Source: an uncultured Chloroflexia bacterium (GTDB lineage Bacteria; Chloroflexota; Limnocylindria; Limnocylindrales; CSP1-4). From it: a stretch of DNA of 64,000 nt. Numbering within the stretch: position 1 is the first letter of the stretch; each line of letters starts with the position of its first letter. The notes beneath the pieces were generated by a model. That model was not told where the DNA came from, did no database searches, and was given only the letters and a program-made list of their open reading frames with translations. A program made the translations under genes and the position numbers. Location: assembly GCA_963734535.1 (NCBI GenBank), contig CAVTHS010000010.1, forward strand, positions 288,001 to 352,000. The letters are read 5' to 3'. Positions 41,568-51,195 of the stretch are shown here, one piece after another.

Positions 41568-42596
41568 GTGACTTCGATCATCGACCCCAGCCCAGGCGCG
41601 CGATCTGCCGCCTCGGATCTCCCCGTCAGCCACCGCCTCCGGCGCCTCCGCACAACCCCGGCGATGCGCTCGCTCGTGCGCGAGACGCGCCTGGTGCCCG
41701 CCCGACTCGTCGCGCCGCTGTTCGTTCACGACGTGCCGGGCACCTCTCCGATCGAGAGCCTTCGCGGTCAGCAACGGCTCGACGTCCCGGCGACCGTGGC
41801 GACGGCTCGCGAGCTGGCCACGCTCGGGGTCGGCGGCGTGCTCCTGTTCGGGATCCCGGCGGTCAAGGACCCGAATGGCATCGCCGCCGCCGATCCGGAA
41901 GGGCCGGTTGCACGCGCTCTGCGGGCGCTTCGCGAGGCGACGCTCCCGCTCGTGCTCATCGCCGACGTCTGCCTCTGCGAGTACACGACTCACGGCCACT
42001 GCGGGGTGCTCGACGGCGAGCGGATCGCGAACGACGCGTCGCTCCCTCGCCTCTCTGATGCCGCCGTCACGTACGCGCGCGCGGGCGCCGACATCGTCGC
42101 CCCGTCCGCGATGCTGGACGGCCAGGTTGCGGCGATCCGGGCCGGCCTCGACCATGCCGGCCTGGTCGATACGGCGATCCTCGCCTATGCCTCGAAGCAC
42201 GCGTCGGGCCTCTACGGCCCGTTCCGTCATGCCGCCGGTTCGATGCCCGCGTTCGGCGACCGCCGCTCCCACCAGATGGACCCGGCGAATGGTCGCGAGG
42301 CACTTCGCGAGATGGCCACGGACGTCGCCGAGGGCGCCGACATGCTCATGGTGAAGCCCGCCATCACCTCGCTCGACCTGCTGGCCCGCGCCCGTGAGCG
42401 CTTCGATGTCCCGCTGGCGGCGTACCAGGTCTCGGGAGAGCTGGCGATGCTGGAGGCCGCGGCCGAACGTGGCTGGCTCGACCGCCGGCGCGTGGGCCTG
42501 GAGCTGCTGACCGCGCTTGCCCGCGGGGGCGCCGACCTGCTGATCACGTACCTCGCGGCCGACGCGGCCCGGTGGCTGGAGGATCCCGATGCCTGA
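41568..42596 (+). CDS. hemB: porphobilinogen synthase (Zn-type)
   Basis: RLRRLR, DVCLCEYTTHGHCG, APSAMLDG, MVKPA, AYQVSGE. Confidence 0.96.
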   Translation: MTSIIDPSPGARSAASDLPVSHRLRRLRTTPAMRSLVRETRLVPARLVAPLFVHDVPGTSPIESLRGQQRLDVPATVATARELATLGVGGVLLFGIPAVKDPNGIAAADPEGPVARALRALREATLPLVLIADVCLCEYTTHGHCGVLDGERIANDASLPRLSDAAVTYARAGADIVAPSAMLDGQVAAIRAGLDHAGLVDTAILAYASKHASGLYGPFRHAAGSMPAFGDRRSHQMDPANGREALREMATDVAEGADMLMVKPAITSLDLLARARERFDVPLAAYQVSGELAMLEAAAERGWLDRRRVGLELLTALARGGADLLITYLAADAARWLEDPDA

Positions 42597-43368
42597 TTCG
42601 TACGTTCATGCGCTGGCCCTCGGCCTCGACCCGGCGTGGCGTCGCCTCCCGGCGGATGAGCGGCGCGAGACGGCCGCCGCATTTGCGGAGGCGGTCGCGA
42701 CCGACGAACGCGTGCGGACGGAGACGTATTCCATGATCGGGCTCAAGACGGGCGTCGACCTGCTCGTCTGGCGGCTCGGCCCTTCGTTGGACGTGCTTGA
42801 GGTGGCGGCAGCGCGGGCGCTTCGGACCGGGATTGGTGGCTGGCTGTCCGTCCGGCAGAGCTTCGTCGGGCTGATCCGTGGCTCGCAGTACGTGGCCAGG
42901 CCGAGCAGCCAGGAGCAGTCCCTGTTCGACGGCGACCGGTCCCGCTACCTGATCGTCTATCCGTTCACCAAGTCGACCGACTGGTACCTCACTGCGAAGG
43001 AGGTCCGCCAGGGCTCGATGAACGAGCACATGAAGGTAGGGCACGACTACCCGCAGGTTCGCCAGCTGCTGGCCTACTCGTTCGGCCTCGACGACCAGGA
43101 CTTCCTGGTGGCCTACGAGACCGATGATCTGCCGGCGTTCTCGTCGCTCGTCCACAACCTCCGCAGCACCGAAGGTCGCCGATCGACGGTCCGCGACACG
43201 CCGATCCTCGCCGCCATCCACCGCCCGATCGGCGAGATCCTGGCGATGCTCGGCGCAGCCGAGAACGGGGTGCCGGCGACGCGAGGGACGGGTGCGGCTC
43301 CCTCCGCCACCTCGGGCCGGGTCGAGGCGCCCGTCCTGGCCGGGCCTGGCGCCGGGGAGGACCGTTGA
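42589..43368 (+). CDS. hemQ: coproheme decarboxylase (chlorite dismutase family, ChdC/HemQ)
   Basis: YPFTK (catalytic Tyr/Lys), DWY, proximal EH, distal Gln in VRQLL..SFGLDD; inside the heme operon. Confidence 0.85.
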   Translation: MPDSYVHALALGLDPAWRRLPADERRETAAAFAEAVATDERVRTETYSMIGLKTGVDLLVWRLGPSLDVLEVAAARALRTGIGGWLSVRQSFVGLIRGSQYVARPSSQEQSLFDGDRSRYLIVYPFTKSTDWYLTAKEVRQGSMNEHMKVGHDYPQVRQLLAYSFGLDDQDFLVAYETDDLPAFSSLVHNLRSTEGRRSTVRDTPILAAIHRPIGEILAMLGAAENGVPATRGTGAAPSATSGRVEAPVLAGPGAGEDR

Positions 43369-44648
43369 CGGAGCTCGGCCCGATTTCGGACGACCTTCGC
43401 GCGCGCGCCGCGGACCTCTTTCCCGGCGGGGTCAACAGCCCCGTCCGCGCATATCGCGCTGTCGGCGGCGCTCCGCCGATCCTGGTGCGTGGCGCGGGCG
43501 CCACTGTGTGGGACGCGGACGGGACCGCGTACCTCGACTACGTCGCGGCGTTCGGACCGCTCCCCCTCGGCCACGGTCACCCGGCGGTGGTCCAGGCGAT
43601 CCACGACGAGGCTGTCAACGGGGGTCCCTTCGGCGCGACGGGGCCGCTCGAGGTGGAGCTCGGACAGCGTATCCGCGAGGCGATGCCGTCCGTGGAGCGG
43701 CTGCGGTTCGTGAGCTCCGGGACCGAGGCGGTGATGAGCGTGCTTCGCGTCGCTCGGGCGGCGACAGGTCGCGACCTGGTGCTCAAGTTCGAGGGCGGCT
43801 ACCACGGCCACGCGGACGCCCTCCTGGCGAAGGCGGGATCCGGGCTTGCGACCCTTGCGATGCCCGCCAGCGGCGGCGTGCCCCGAGCCGTCGCCGGCAC
43901 GACTCGCCTCGCCCGCTACAACGACCTCGAGAGCGTGCGCGACGCGTTCGAGGCCGAACCGCACGGGATCGCGGCGGTCATCGTCGAGCCGGTCGCGGCG
44001 AACATGGGCGTCGTACCGCCGGTCACGGGGTTCCTCGACGGCCTGCGGGAGCTGGCGACCCGGTATGGCGCGCTTCTTGTCTTCGACGAGGTCATCACTG
44101 GGTTCCGCGTCGCACGCGGCGGTGCCCAGGCCTGGACAGGGGTGAGGCCGGACCTGACGACGCTCGGCAAGGTCATCGGGGGCGGGATGCCCGTCGGCGC
44201 GTATGGCGGCCGGGCGGACCTCATCGACCTCGTCGCGCCTGCCGGGCCCGTCTACCAGGCCGGGACCCTCTCCGGACACCCGGTCGCGATGGCAGCCGGG
44301 ATCGCGGCCCTGGACGCCCTGACCGGCGAGGCGTACGCACGGCTCGAGTCGCTGGGTGCGCTGCTCGAGGCAGGCCTCTCGGACGCGGTGCACCTGACCG
44401 CCCGGGCGGCGAGCGTGGCCCGCGTGGGCTCGCTCCTGACGCTGTTCTTCCGCCCGTGGGCGCCGCGGGACTTCGACGAGGTCGCCGAGTGCGACGGCGA
44501 GGCATACGCGCGGTTCTTCCGGGCGATGCGCGAGGAGGGAATCCTGCTCCCGCCGTCCCAGCAGGAGGCGTGGTTCGTGTCGACCGCCCACACCGAGGCG
44601 GATGTGAAGCGCACGATCGAGGCGGCCGGCCGGGCGCTGGCGACATGA
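43365..44648 (+). CDS. hemL: glutamate-1-semialdehyde 2,1-aminomutase
   Basis: PGGVNSPVRA, SSGTEA, GYHGHAD, FDEVITGFR, GKVIGGGMP, YQAGTLSG. Confidence 0.96.
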   Translation: MTELGPISDDLRARAADLFPGGVNSPVRAYRAVGGAPPILVRGAGATVWDADGTAYLDYVAAFGPLPLGHGHPAVVQAIHDEAVNGGPFGATGPLEVELGQRIREAMPSVERLRFVSSGTEAVMSVLRVARAATGRDLVLKFEGGYHGHADALLAKAGSGLATLAMPASGGVPRAVAGTTRLARYNDLESVRDAFEAEPHGIAAVIVEPVAANMGVVPPVTGFLDGLRELATRYGALLVFDEVITGFRVARGGAQAWTGVRPDLTTLGKVIGGGMPVGAYGGRADLIDLVAPAGPVYQAGTLSGHPVAMAAGIAALDALTGEAYARLESLGALLEAGLSDAVHLTARAASVARVGSLLTLFFRPWAPRDFDEVAECDGEAYARFFRAMREEGILLPPSQQEAWFVSTAHTEADVKRTIEAAGRALAT

Positions 44649-45709
44649 GCGCCCAATTCCTCCAGGCCTGCCGGCGGGAGCCGGTCGATGCGACCCCGGT
44701 CTGGTTCATGCGCCAGGCCGGACGCAGCCTCCCCGAGTACCGGGCCATCCGCGAGCGGGCCAGCCTGCTCGAGATCACGCGGGATGCCGCGCTGTGCGCC
44801 GAGGTGACCCTGCAGCCGGTGCGGCGGCTGGGCGTGGATGCCGCGATCATCTTCGCGGACATCACGTCGCCACTCCCGGGGATGGGCGTGGCGCTCGACA
44901 TCCACGACGGCGTCGGCCCGGTGATCGCGGATCCAGTCCGCTCGATGGCGCAGGTCGACGCGCTCCGGGCGTTCGACGCCCGCGCTTCCGTCGGGCCCAT
45001 GCTCGAGGCGATCTCGATCGCGTCCCGGGAGGCGGGCGTCCCGGTGATCGGCTTCGCCGGGGCGCCCTTCACGCTGGCGTCGTACCTGGTCGAGGGCCGG
45101 TCCGCGCGTGACCCGCTTCGTCTCAAGACACTGATGCGGGCGGAGCCGGCGACGTTCGACGCGCTCCTCGCCCGGATCGTCGACATGACGGTCGCGTACC
45201 TCGCCGCGCAGGTCGCGGCCGGGGCGCACGTCGTGCAGCTGTTCGACTCCTGGATCGGGTCGCTCGCGCCCGCCGAATACGACGAGCACGTCGCCCCGCA
45301 CGTTCTCCGCCTGTTCGCCGGCCTCGCCGGGCTCGGTGTCCCATCGATCCACTTTGGTGGCGGGGCTTCCGGTCTGCTCGAACGCCTGGCGGCGGCCGGC
45401 GGCGACGTGATTGGCCTCGACTGGCGAGTCGAGCTTGGCGCGGCGTGGGCACGGATCCCGGGACGAGCGATCCAGGGGAACCTCGACCCGTCGGCGCTCC
45501 TCGGGCCATTCGACGTGACGGCCGCCCAGGCACGGCTGATCCTCGAGGCGGCTGCGGGACGGCCGGGGCATGTCTTCAACCTTGGGCATGGCGTGCTGCC
45601 CGCGACCGACCCCGACGACCTCCGTCGGCTGGTCGACCTCGTGCACGAGCACGCGGCCGTCGCCGCCACCGTGCCCGAGGCAGACGCCCGATTCTCGTCC
45701 AGGCCATGA
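44645..45709 (+). CDS. hemE: uroporphyrinogen decarboxylase (canonical copy)
   Basis: PVWFMRQAGR, AIIFADI, GAPFTLASYLVEG, QLFDSW, QGNLDP, FNLGHG. Confidence 0.95.
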   Translation: MSAQFLQACRREPVDATPVWFMRQAGRSLPEYRAIRERASLLEITRDAALCAEVTLQPVRRLGVDAAIIFADITSPLPGMGVALDIHDGVGPVIADPVRSMAQVDALRAFDARASVGPMLEAISIASREAGVPVIGFAGAPFTLASYLVEGRSARDPLRLKTLMRAEPATFDALLARIVDMTVAYLAAQVAAGAHVVQLFDSWIGSLAPAEYDEHVAPHVLRLFAGLAGLGVPSIHFGGGASGLLERLAAAGGDVIGLDWRVELGAAWARIPGRAIQGNLDPSALLGPFDVTAAQARLILEAAAGRPGHVFNLGHGVLPATDPDDLRRLVDLVHEHAAVAATVPEADARFSSRP

Positions 45710-46734
45710 CGGGCCGCACGAGGATGCTCGCTGCCGCCCGCGGCGAGCCTGTCGACCGAACGCCAGTCTGGTTCATGCGCCAGGCGGGCTCCGTGGTGCC
45801 GGCGTACCGACGGATGCGCGAACGTTGGTCCGTGCTGGAGATAGCGCGCACACCAGAGCTGTGCGCGGAAGCCACCTTGGCCGCCGCCGAGACATTCGGG
45901 ACGGACGCGGCCGTGATGTTCGCGGACGTGCTCCTCCCGCTGGGCCCGATGGGCGTGGAGTTCGAGCTGACGACCGACGGCCCGGTGATCGCCAATCCCG
46001 TCCGGTCCGCAGCCGACGTGTCCCGCCTCCGGCGCATCGACCCAGAGGCGGACGCCGGCTTCGTCCTCCAGGCGATCCGCCATGTCCGCCGGGCGATGGG
46101 TGGCTCGCGGGCGGTGGTCGGCCTGGCGGGCGGACCCTTCACGCTGGCCGCCTATCTCGTCGAGGGCGGCGCCTCCCGCGACTACGTGAAGACCCGGGCC
46201 TTCATGCACGCCGACCCGGTCGCCTTCGGCAGTCTGCTTGACCTGCTCGCGGACGTCACGGGTGCCTACCTCGCGGCGCAGTCACGCGCGGGGGCGGACC
46301 TCGTGCAGCTGTTCGACACGCATGCCGGGCAGCTGGACCCCGCGACCTATGCGGCCGTCGTCGCGCCCCGCACCCGGCGCGTCCTCGATGCCGTCCCCTC
46401 CGAGACGCCGACCATCCATTTCGCCATCCATGCTGGGTCGCTCCTGCCCGAGATGGCCGCAGCCGGTGGCGACGTGATCGGCATCGACCACCGCCAGTCG
46501 CTGGCACACGCGCGCACGGTTCTCGGGTCCAACCGCGCGGTCCAGGGAAACCTGGACTCGGCCCGCCTGCTGGCCGGCTGGGAAGCCGTCCGGAGCGGGG
46601 CCGACGCGATCCTGGCGGCGGCTGGCGATCGCGGTCACATCTTCAACCTGGGCCACGGGGTTGCCCCCGAGACGGATCCCGGCCTTCTCGGCGCCCTCGC
46701 GGCGCACGTGCACGAACGGAGTCAGCGCGCATGA
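45706..46734 (+). CDS. hemE: second uroporphyrinogen decarboxylase paralog (RQAGS variant)
   Basis: PVWFMRQAGS, FADV, GGPFTLAAYLVEG, QLFDTH, QGNLDS, FNLGHG; ATGA overlaps on both sides. Confidence 0.88.
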   Translation: MTGRTRMLAAARGEPVDRTPVWFMRQAGSVVPAYRRMRERWSVLEIARTPELCAEATLAAAETFGTDAAVMFADVLLPLGPMGVEFELTTDGPVIANPVRSAADVSRLRRIDPEADAGFVLQAIRHVRRAMGGSRAVVGLAGGPFTLAAYLVEGGASRDYVKTRAFMHADPVAFGSLLDLLADVTGAYLAAQSRAGADLVQLFDTHAGQLDPATYAAVVAPRTRRVLDAVPSETPTIHFAIHAGSLLPEMAAAGGDVIGIDHRQSLAHARTVLGSNRAVQGNLDSARLLAGWEAVRSGADAILAAAGDRGHIFNLGHGVAPETDPGLLGALAAHVHERSQRA

Positions 46735-47660
46735 GCTTTGGCGTTCTCCTCATGACGTACGGGTCGCCGAGAGACCTGGACGACGTCCCGCGGTACCTTG
46801 CCGCGGTGCGCGGGGGCCGTCCCGCCGACCCGGATCTCGTCACGGAGTTCCGGCGGCGCTACGAGGTGATCGGCGGGTCGCCCCTCGTCGAGATCACCGA
46901 GCGCCAGGCCGCGGCCCTCGAGGCTGCCCTGGGAGGGCGGGCGATCGTGCGGGCCGCAATGCGCTTCTCCGACCCGTCGATCGAGACGGCACTTGCGACG
47001 CTCGCTGCGCTCGGGGTCGCCGACGTCGCAGCGATCGTCATGTCTCCGCAGTACAGCCCCCTCCTGATGGGCGGGTATGGGCGTGCCATCGATGCGGCGG
47101 TGGCGAGCCTCGGCACTGGCGCGCCGTGCGTGCGCGTGGCCGGGGCGTGGCACCTCGAGCCCGGCTTCGTCGGCGCGCTCGCAGAGCGCGTCACCGAAGC
47201 GCTCAACCGCGTCCCTGCCGCCGCGCGCAAGACCATCCCGGTCCTTCTTACTGCGCACAGCCTCCCGCGTCGCGTGGCGGAGCAGGAGCCCGACTATCTC
47301 GGGCAGCTGGCCGCGACCGCGGGCGCAATCGCGGACGCTGCAGGTCTTGCCGCCGACCGTTGGCGGTTCTGCTGGCAGAGCGCGGGCCACGAGCCCGGCG
47401 AGTGGATGTCGCCCGACTTTGCTGACCTCATGCCGCTGCTGGCGGCCGAGGGACACCGGCGCGTCCTCGTGGCCCCCATCCAATTCCTGGCGGACCACCT
47501 TGAGATCCTCTACGACGTGGCGATCGGGGCCCGCGAGCAGGCCGAGGCCGCGGGCCTGGAGTTCGACCGCATTGAGTCCCTGAACGTCGCGCCTCCTTTT
47601 GTCGGGGCCCTCGCGGCCGTCGCCGAGAGGACCCTCGCCCGGGTCGATTCGGGCGCCTGA
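46731..47660 (+). CDS. hemH: coproporphyrin ferrochelatase (CpfC/HemH)
   Basis: LLMTYGSP, RRRYEVIGGSPL, TAHSLP, WQSAG, FLADHLEILYD. Confidence 0.95.
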   Translation: MSFGVLLMTYGSPRDLDDVPRYLAAVRGGRPADPDLVTEFRRRYEVIGGSPLVEITERQAAALEAALGGRAIVRAAMRFSDPSIETALATLAALGVADVAAIVMSPQYSPLLMGGYGRAIDAAVASLGTGAPCVRVAGAWHLEPGFVGALAERVTEALNRVPAAARKTIPVLLTAHSLPRRVAEQEPDYLGQLAATAGAIADAAGLAADRWRFCWQSAGHEPGEWMSPDFADLMPLLAAEGHRRVLVAPIQFLADHLEILYDVAIGAREQAEAAGLEFDRIESLNVAPPFVGALAAVAERTLARVDSGA

Positions 47661-47742
47661 TCGAGTCGCCGACCGGCGTGTTGGGCAGCACCTGGAGGAC
47701 GACATCGCGATCTTCGGGTCGTGTCTCCCGGACCACGGTGGA

Positions 47743-48321
47743 TCAGATGTGCTGCGCCCCCATCGACCCGGTCGCGTCGACCGCGGGTCCCGTGGCGCCC
47801 TCGCCCCAGGCCGGATCGGCGATCCGCTCTCCGGCCCGCTCCGCGTCGACCCGACGGACCCGGAGCGCCTGGTCGACGCGGAGCAGACGGAAGCCCTGCT
47901 GGTCGCCGCCCGTGAACCGGGCCGCAACCGCGTGCATCGGGACCAGTTCGGGCCGGTCGACCCCGTAGACCCGCCCCTCGTGCACGATGGTGGCGGACCC
48001 GCTCGCCAGCACGTTCTGGAGCCAGTTCGTGCGTGACCCGTACACGAGCGCGATCAGGAATCCGTCGTCGGCGGCCACGACCCCGACGGGCGTTTCGTAC
48101 GCTCGACCCGAGGTCCGGCCGCGATGTCGGATCACGGACGCGTAGGCTCCGGGCGTGCCCGCCGATCGCATCTGCTTCGGGTTTATGATCGCGCGCTGGA
48201 GCCGGATGAGGGGGCTGAGAACGAGCGAGGACTTCGCCCTCATCCCCAGCACGAACACGACCGCGATCACCAGGAGTCCCATGGCGAGGGCGCCCGCGAA
48301 GGTCGCCATTTGCATCAACAT
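47743..48321 (-). CDS. nitroreductase-family deazaflavin (F420)-dependent oxidoreductase with N-terminal TM
   Basis: IRHRGRTSGRAYETPV, IALVYGSRTNWLQNVLASG. Confidence 0.8.
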   Translation of the reverse strand: MLMQMATFAGALAMGLLVIAVVFVLGMRAKSSLVLSPLIRLQRAIINPKQMRSAGTPGAYASVIRHRGRTSGRAYETPVGVVAADDGFLIALVYGSRTNWLQNVLASGSATIVHEGRVYGVDRPELVPMHAVAARFTGGDQQGFRLLRVDQALRVRRVDAERAGERIADPAWGEGATGPAVDATGSMGAQHI

Positions 48322-48346
48322 CGGTTGCTTCCTCAATCCGTCGCGG

Positions 48347-48397
48347 CTACACTGTAAGCCTACGGCGTATGCTATGACTACGCCGTAAGCCTGTCAA
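48347..48397 (-). promoter_or_regulatory. sigma-70 promoter overlapped by three TetR-type operator boxes
   Basis: TTGACA (48397-48392), N17, TAGCAT (48374-48369); boxes CTACACTGTAAG, CTACGGCGTATG and CTACGCCGTAAG. Confidence 0.7.
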
Positions 48398-48411
48398 GAG
48401 GTGGGATTCGG

Positions 48412-49095
48412 ATGACGAAGCCGCTGACGCCGTCCGCTCGAACCGCGGCTCGCCGGAGACCGCTCAGCCGGGACCGCGTCCTCCGGGCGGCCATCCGGCT
48501 GGCGGACGAGGGCGGCCTCGGTTCCGTCTCGATGCGCAAGCTCGGCCAGGTGCTGCGGGTCGAGGCGATGTCCCTCTACAAGCACGTGGCCAACAAGGAC
48601 GACATCCTCGACGGCATCGCCGATCTCGTCGTGGGCGACTTCGAGGTGCCGTCCCGGGCCGTCGACTGGAAGATGGCCGTCCGCAGGAGTGCGATCTCGG
48701 CCCACCAGGCCCTTCTGCTCCACCCGTGGGCCAGCAGCCTCATCGAGTCCCGGCTCTCCACCGGTCCAGCGAGGCTGCGCTACCTGGACGCCATGATCGG
48801 CATCCTCTCCGCCGAGGGATTCGCGCTGCCGGTGGTTGTTCGCGCGATCATGGCGCTGGACAGCCACACCTACGGCTTCGTGCTCCAGGAGATGGCCTGG
48901 CCGTTCGAGACCGAGAACGCTCCGGCGATGGCGGCGACCTTCGCCCGGGGTCTTCCCGCGGGCGAGTATCCGAACCTCCTCGCGATGGCCGAGATGGCGG
49001 CGACGACTCATGGCGGCGCCATGGTCGACTTCGAGTTCGGGCTGGATCTCATCCTCGACGGCCTCGAGCGGCTCCGGGACACCGCCGGACACTGA
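48412..49095 (+). CDS. TetR/AcrR family regulator (TetR_C type)
   Basis: LSRDRVLRAAIRLADEGGLGSVSMRKLG...SLYKHV; FEFGLDLILDGL. Confidence 0.93.
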   Translation: MTKPLTPSARTAARRRPLSRDRVLRAAIRLADEGGLGSVSMRKLGQVLRVEAMSLYKHVANKDDILDGIADLVVGDFEVPSRAVDWKMAVRRSAISAHQALLLHPWASSLIESRLSTGPARLRYLDAMIGILSAEGFALPVVVRAIMALDSHTYGFVLQEMAWPFETENAPAMAATFARGLPAGEYPNLLAMAEMAATTHGGAMVDFEFGLDLILDGLERLRDTAGH

Positions 49096-49196
49096 TCCGG
49101 GTGGCGCGACACCCGGCATGGCGAGGCGGCGGGCAGTGCCCGGCCCGACCTCGCGATGTTCCCTTCGGCATGGCGACCGCAAGCGGACGAGATCCC

Positions 49197-49712
49197 TCAG
49201 CAATCGAAGACGAACCAGCACAGCTCGTTGCGCAGCCGCTGGTCGTCGAGCACCAGGTCCCGAATCTCGTGGGGGAGCCGGGCGCGCTGCCAGAGGCACT
49301 CCAGGCGGCCGGCCTCCACGCGCTCATCGTCAAGCGCAGCCGCCCGCGCCGCCCGGATCGCGTAGGCGGCGGCACCGAGCTCGTGAGCCGCCACATGGCC
49401 CACCGCCGCGGCCTGGCCGGCAGCGTACGCGGCGTGGCGGGCGGCTCCAACCAGGCCGCTGGCCGCCGCGTTTGCATGGCCAGCCGCCGTGCGGGCCTCC
49501 GCCCAGGTGATCTCACCCCGCGCCCAGGCACGCCCGAGCTCGATCGCGCGTCGGGGACGGTCGTCCTGGGGCCGCGCCTGCTCGAAGTGATGGAGCACGT
49601 GCTGGGCGCAGTCGGCCGCCCACATCGCGAGCAGGTGATGATCGTCGTCCCCGAGGCTCCCGCCGCGACGCACGGTGATGAACCGAGGATCACGGATCCT
49701 GGGGAGGATCAC
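49197..49712 (-). CDS. Imm5-like putative immunity protein
   Basis: WAADCAQHVL...DDRPRRAI...AARHAAYAAGQAAAVGHV...ECLWQ. Confidence 0.75.
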   Translation of the reverse strand: MILPRIRDPRFITVRRGGSLGDDDHHLLAMWAADCAQHVLHHFEQARPQDDRPRRAIELGRAWARGEITWAEARTAAGHANAAASGLVGAARHAAYAAGQAAAVGHVAAHELGAAAYAIRAARAAALDDERVEAGRLECLWQRARLPHEIRDLVLDDQRLRNELCWFVFDC

Positions 49713-49753
49713 AGCCTGCCCAGCCGTGGCAGGCCGCGGGGCATGCTTCAGGT

Positions 49754-49990
49754 TCAGCGGGCCCGGTGCCCGGCGATCCTGCGGGTGCCGATGCGGAGAT
49801 GGAGAAGCTGCCTCACCGCGGCCCAGGGGCTCTGCGGGGCGGGGCTCCCGACGCGTCGCGCGCCGGACGGTTCGGTGGAGCGCTCCGGCGAGGCAACCCT
49901 CGCCATCCGCTCGCGGGCCATCTGTGCCCGCTGCTCGTCCTGGTACCGCTTGACCTGCCGGAACGTGTCTTCGGGTGTCATCGGGAACAT
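49754..49990 (-). CDS. small hypothetical protein (78 aa)
   Basis: GGAGG RBS before ATG; helical N-terminus MFPMTPEDTFRQVKRYQDEQRAQMARER. Confidence 0.5.
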   Translation of the reverse strand: MFPMTPEDTFRQVKRYQDEQRAQMARERMARVASPERSTEPSGARRVGSPAPQSPWAAVRQLLHLRIGTRRIAGHRAR

Positions 49991-50346
49991 CGTCTCGCCC
50001 TCCATTCGGCGTCCGTGTCTCTGCGGACATCGTGGGCGTTCGACCGAGAGAAGGGTTATCGAGGCGCGGACAGCCAGCGCGTCGATCTCGAGGCGCCGCC
50101 ACGGTGGTCGGGGCGACCATCGGGGTGTCGAATGGGTGACGCCTGTCAACCATGCTTCGCCCGGGGCACGGCGAGGTACGACTTCTGTCACGACGGCACG
50201 GGCTTCATCACACGGGCCGACCTTCGCCGCGCGGCCCGGTCGGGCATCGCCAGCGGTCAGGTCACGGCCACGACGCGCAGCTCGGGAGAGAGCTGGACGA
50301 CTTCAGTAGTTGCGGACCTGCCCGGACCCCTCAGGAAGTCGGGGTG

Positions 50347-51195
50347 TCAGCCGTCGTCGTGACGCGTCCACCGGAATGTCCGCAAGCCGATCACGAGCCC
50401 GATGACGAGCCATGCGACCAGGACGGCCGCGATCGCGCCGTGCTCCCAGGAACCACCCACTTCCATGGTCTCGGCACTGGATGGGAGGAAGACCGAGCGC
50501 ATGCCCTGGGCGATCCACTTGAGCGGGAACACCGAGGCGATCTGCTGCATCCAGGCGGGCAGCTTGTCGTACTCGAAGAAGACCCCGGAGATGAACTGGA
50601 GGATGAGGACGATGGGGTTCACGATCGAGCTTGACGCGCGCCCTGAACGGGGCACGGACGAGAACCCGATCCCGCATACGCAGCCGGTCGCCGTCGCGAG
50701 CACGAAGACCCATGCGAAGGTCCCCCACGCCGATGCGGTGGACGGCAGCGACACGCCGAACAGCGTCGTGGCGACGGCGAGGAGGATCAGGCTCTGCGCA
50801 AGGCAGGTCACGAGCGCCAGCCCGATCTTGCCGAGGAAGTAGGACGCTGCCGGCATCGGTGTGCCGCGCAGGCGCTTGAGTCCGCCCTCGTCCCGCTCGA
50901 TGGCGATCGTGTTCACGATGTTCTCGAAGCTCAGGAGGACCACGCCGGTCGCGATCATGCCGGGCAGGAACCACTGCGCGAAGGAGAAGCCGGGCGCGGG
51001 CCCCACGCTGGCACCATCCTGGCCCATGACAGTCGCGAAGATCCCCAGCATGATCACCGGGTAGGCGAAGGTGACGACCACGGCCCGGCGCTCACGGAAG
51101 AACAAGCGCAGCTCGAGCGTGACCCGCGCGACACCCAGGTCCACCGCGGAGGGGAGCGTCCGCGAGCGCCGGAGCGGTGCGCCCGTGGCGCTCAA
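50347..51195 (-). CDS. ABC-2 type exporter permease
   Basis: ERDEGGLKRLRGTP, FISGVFF, LPAWMQQIASVFPLKW; six TM segments. Confidence 0.92.
   Translation of the reverse strand: MSATGAPLRRSRTLPSAVDLGVARVTLELRLFFRERRAVVVTFAYPVIMLGIFATVMGQDGASVGPAPGFSFAQWFLPGMIATGVVLLSFENIVNTIAIERDEGGLKRLRGTPMPAASYFLGKIGLALVTCLAQSLILLAVATTLFGVSLPSTASAWGTFAWVFVLATATGCVCGIGFSSVPRSGRASSSIVNPIVLILQFISGVFFEYDKLPAWMQQIASVFPLKWIAQGMRSVFLPSSAETMEVGGSWEHGAIAAVLVAWLVIGLVIGLRTFRWTRHDDG

Noticed and set aside
42589-43368. Chlorite dismutase / perchlorate respiration
   Set aside because: Distal residue is Gln rather than the catalytic Arg, the ChdC Tyr/Lys are present, and the gene lies within a heme operon.
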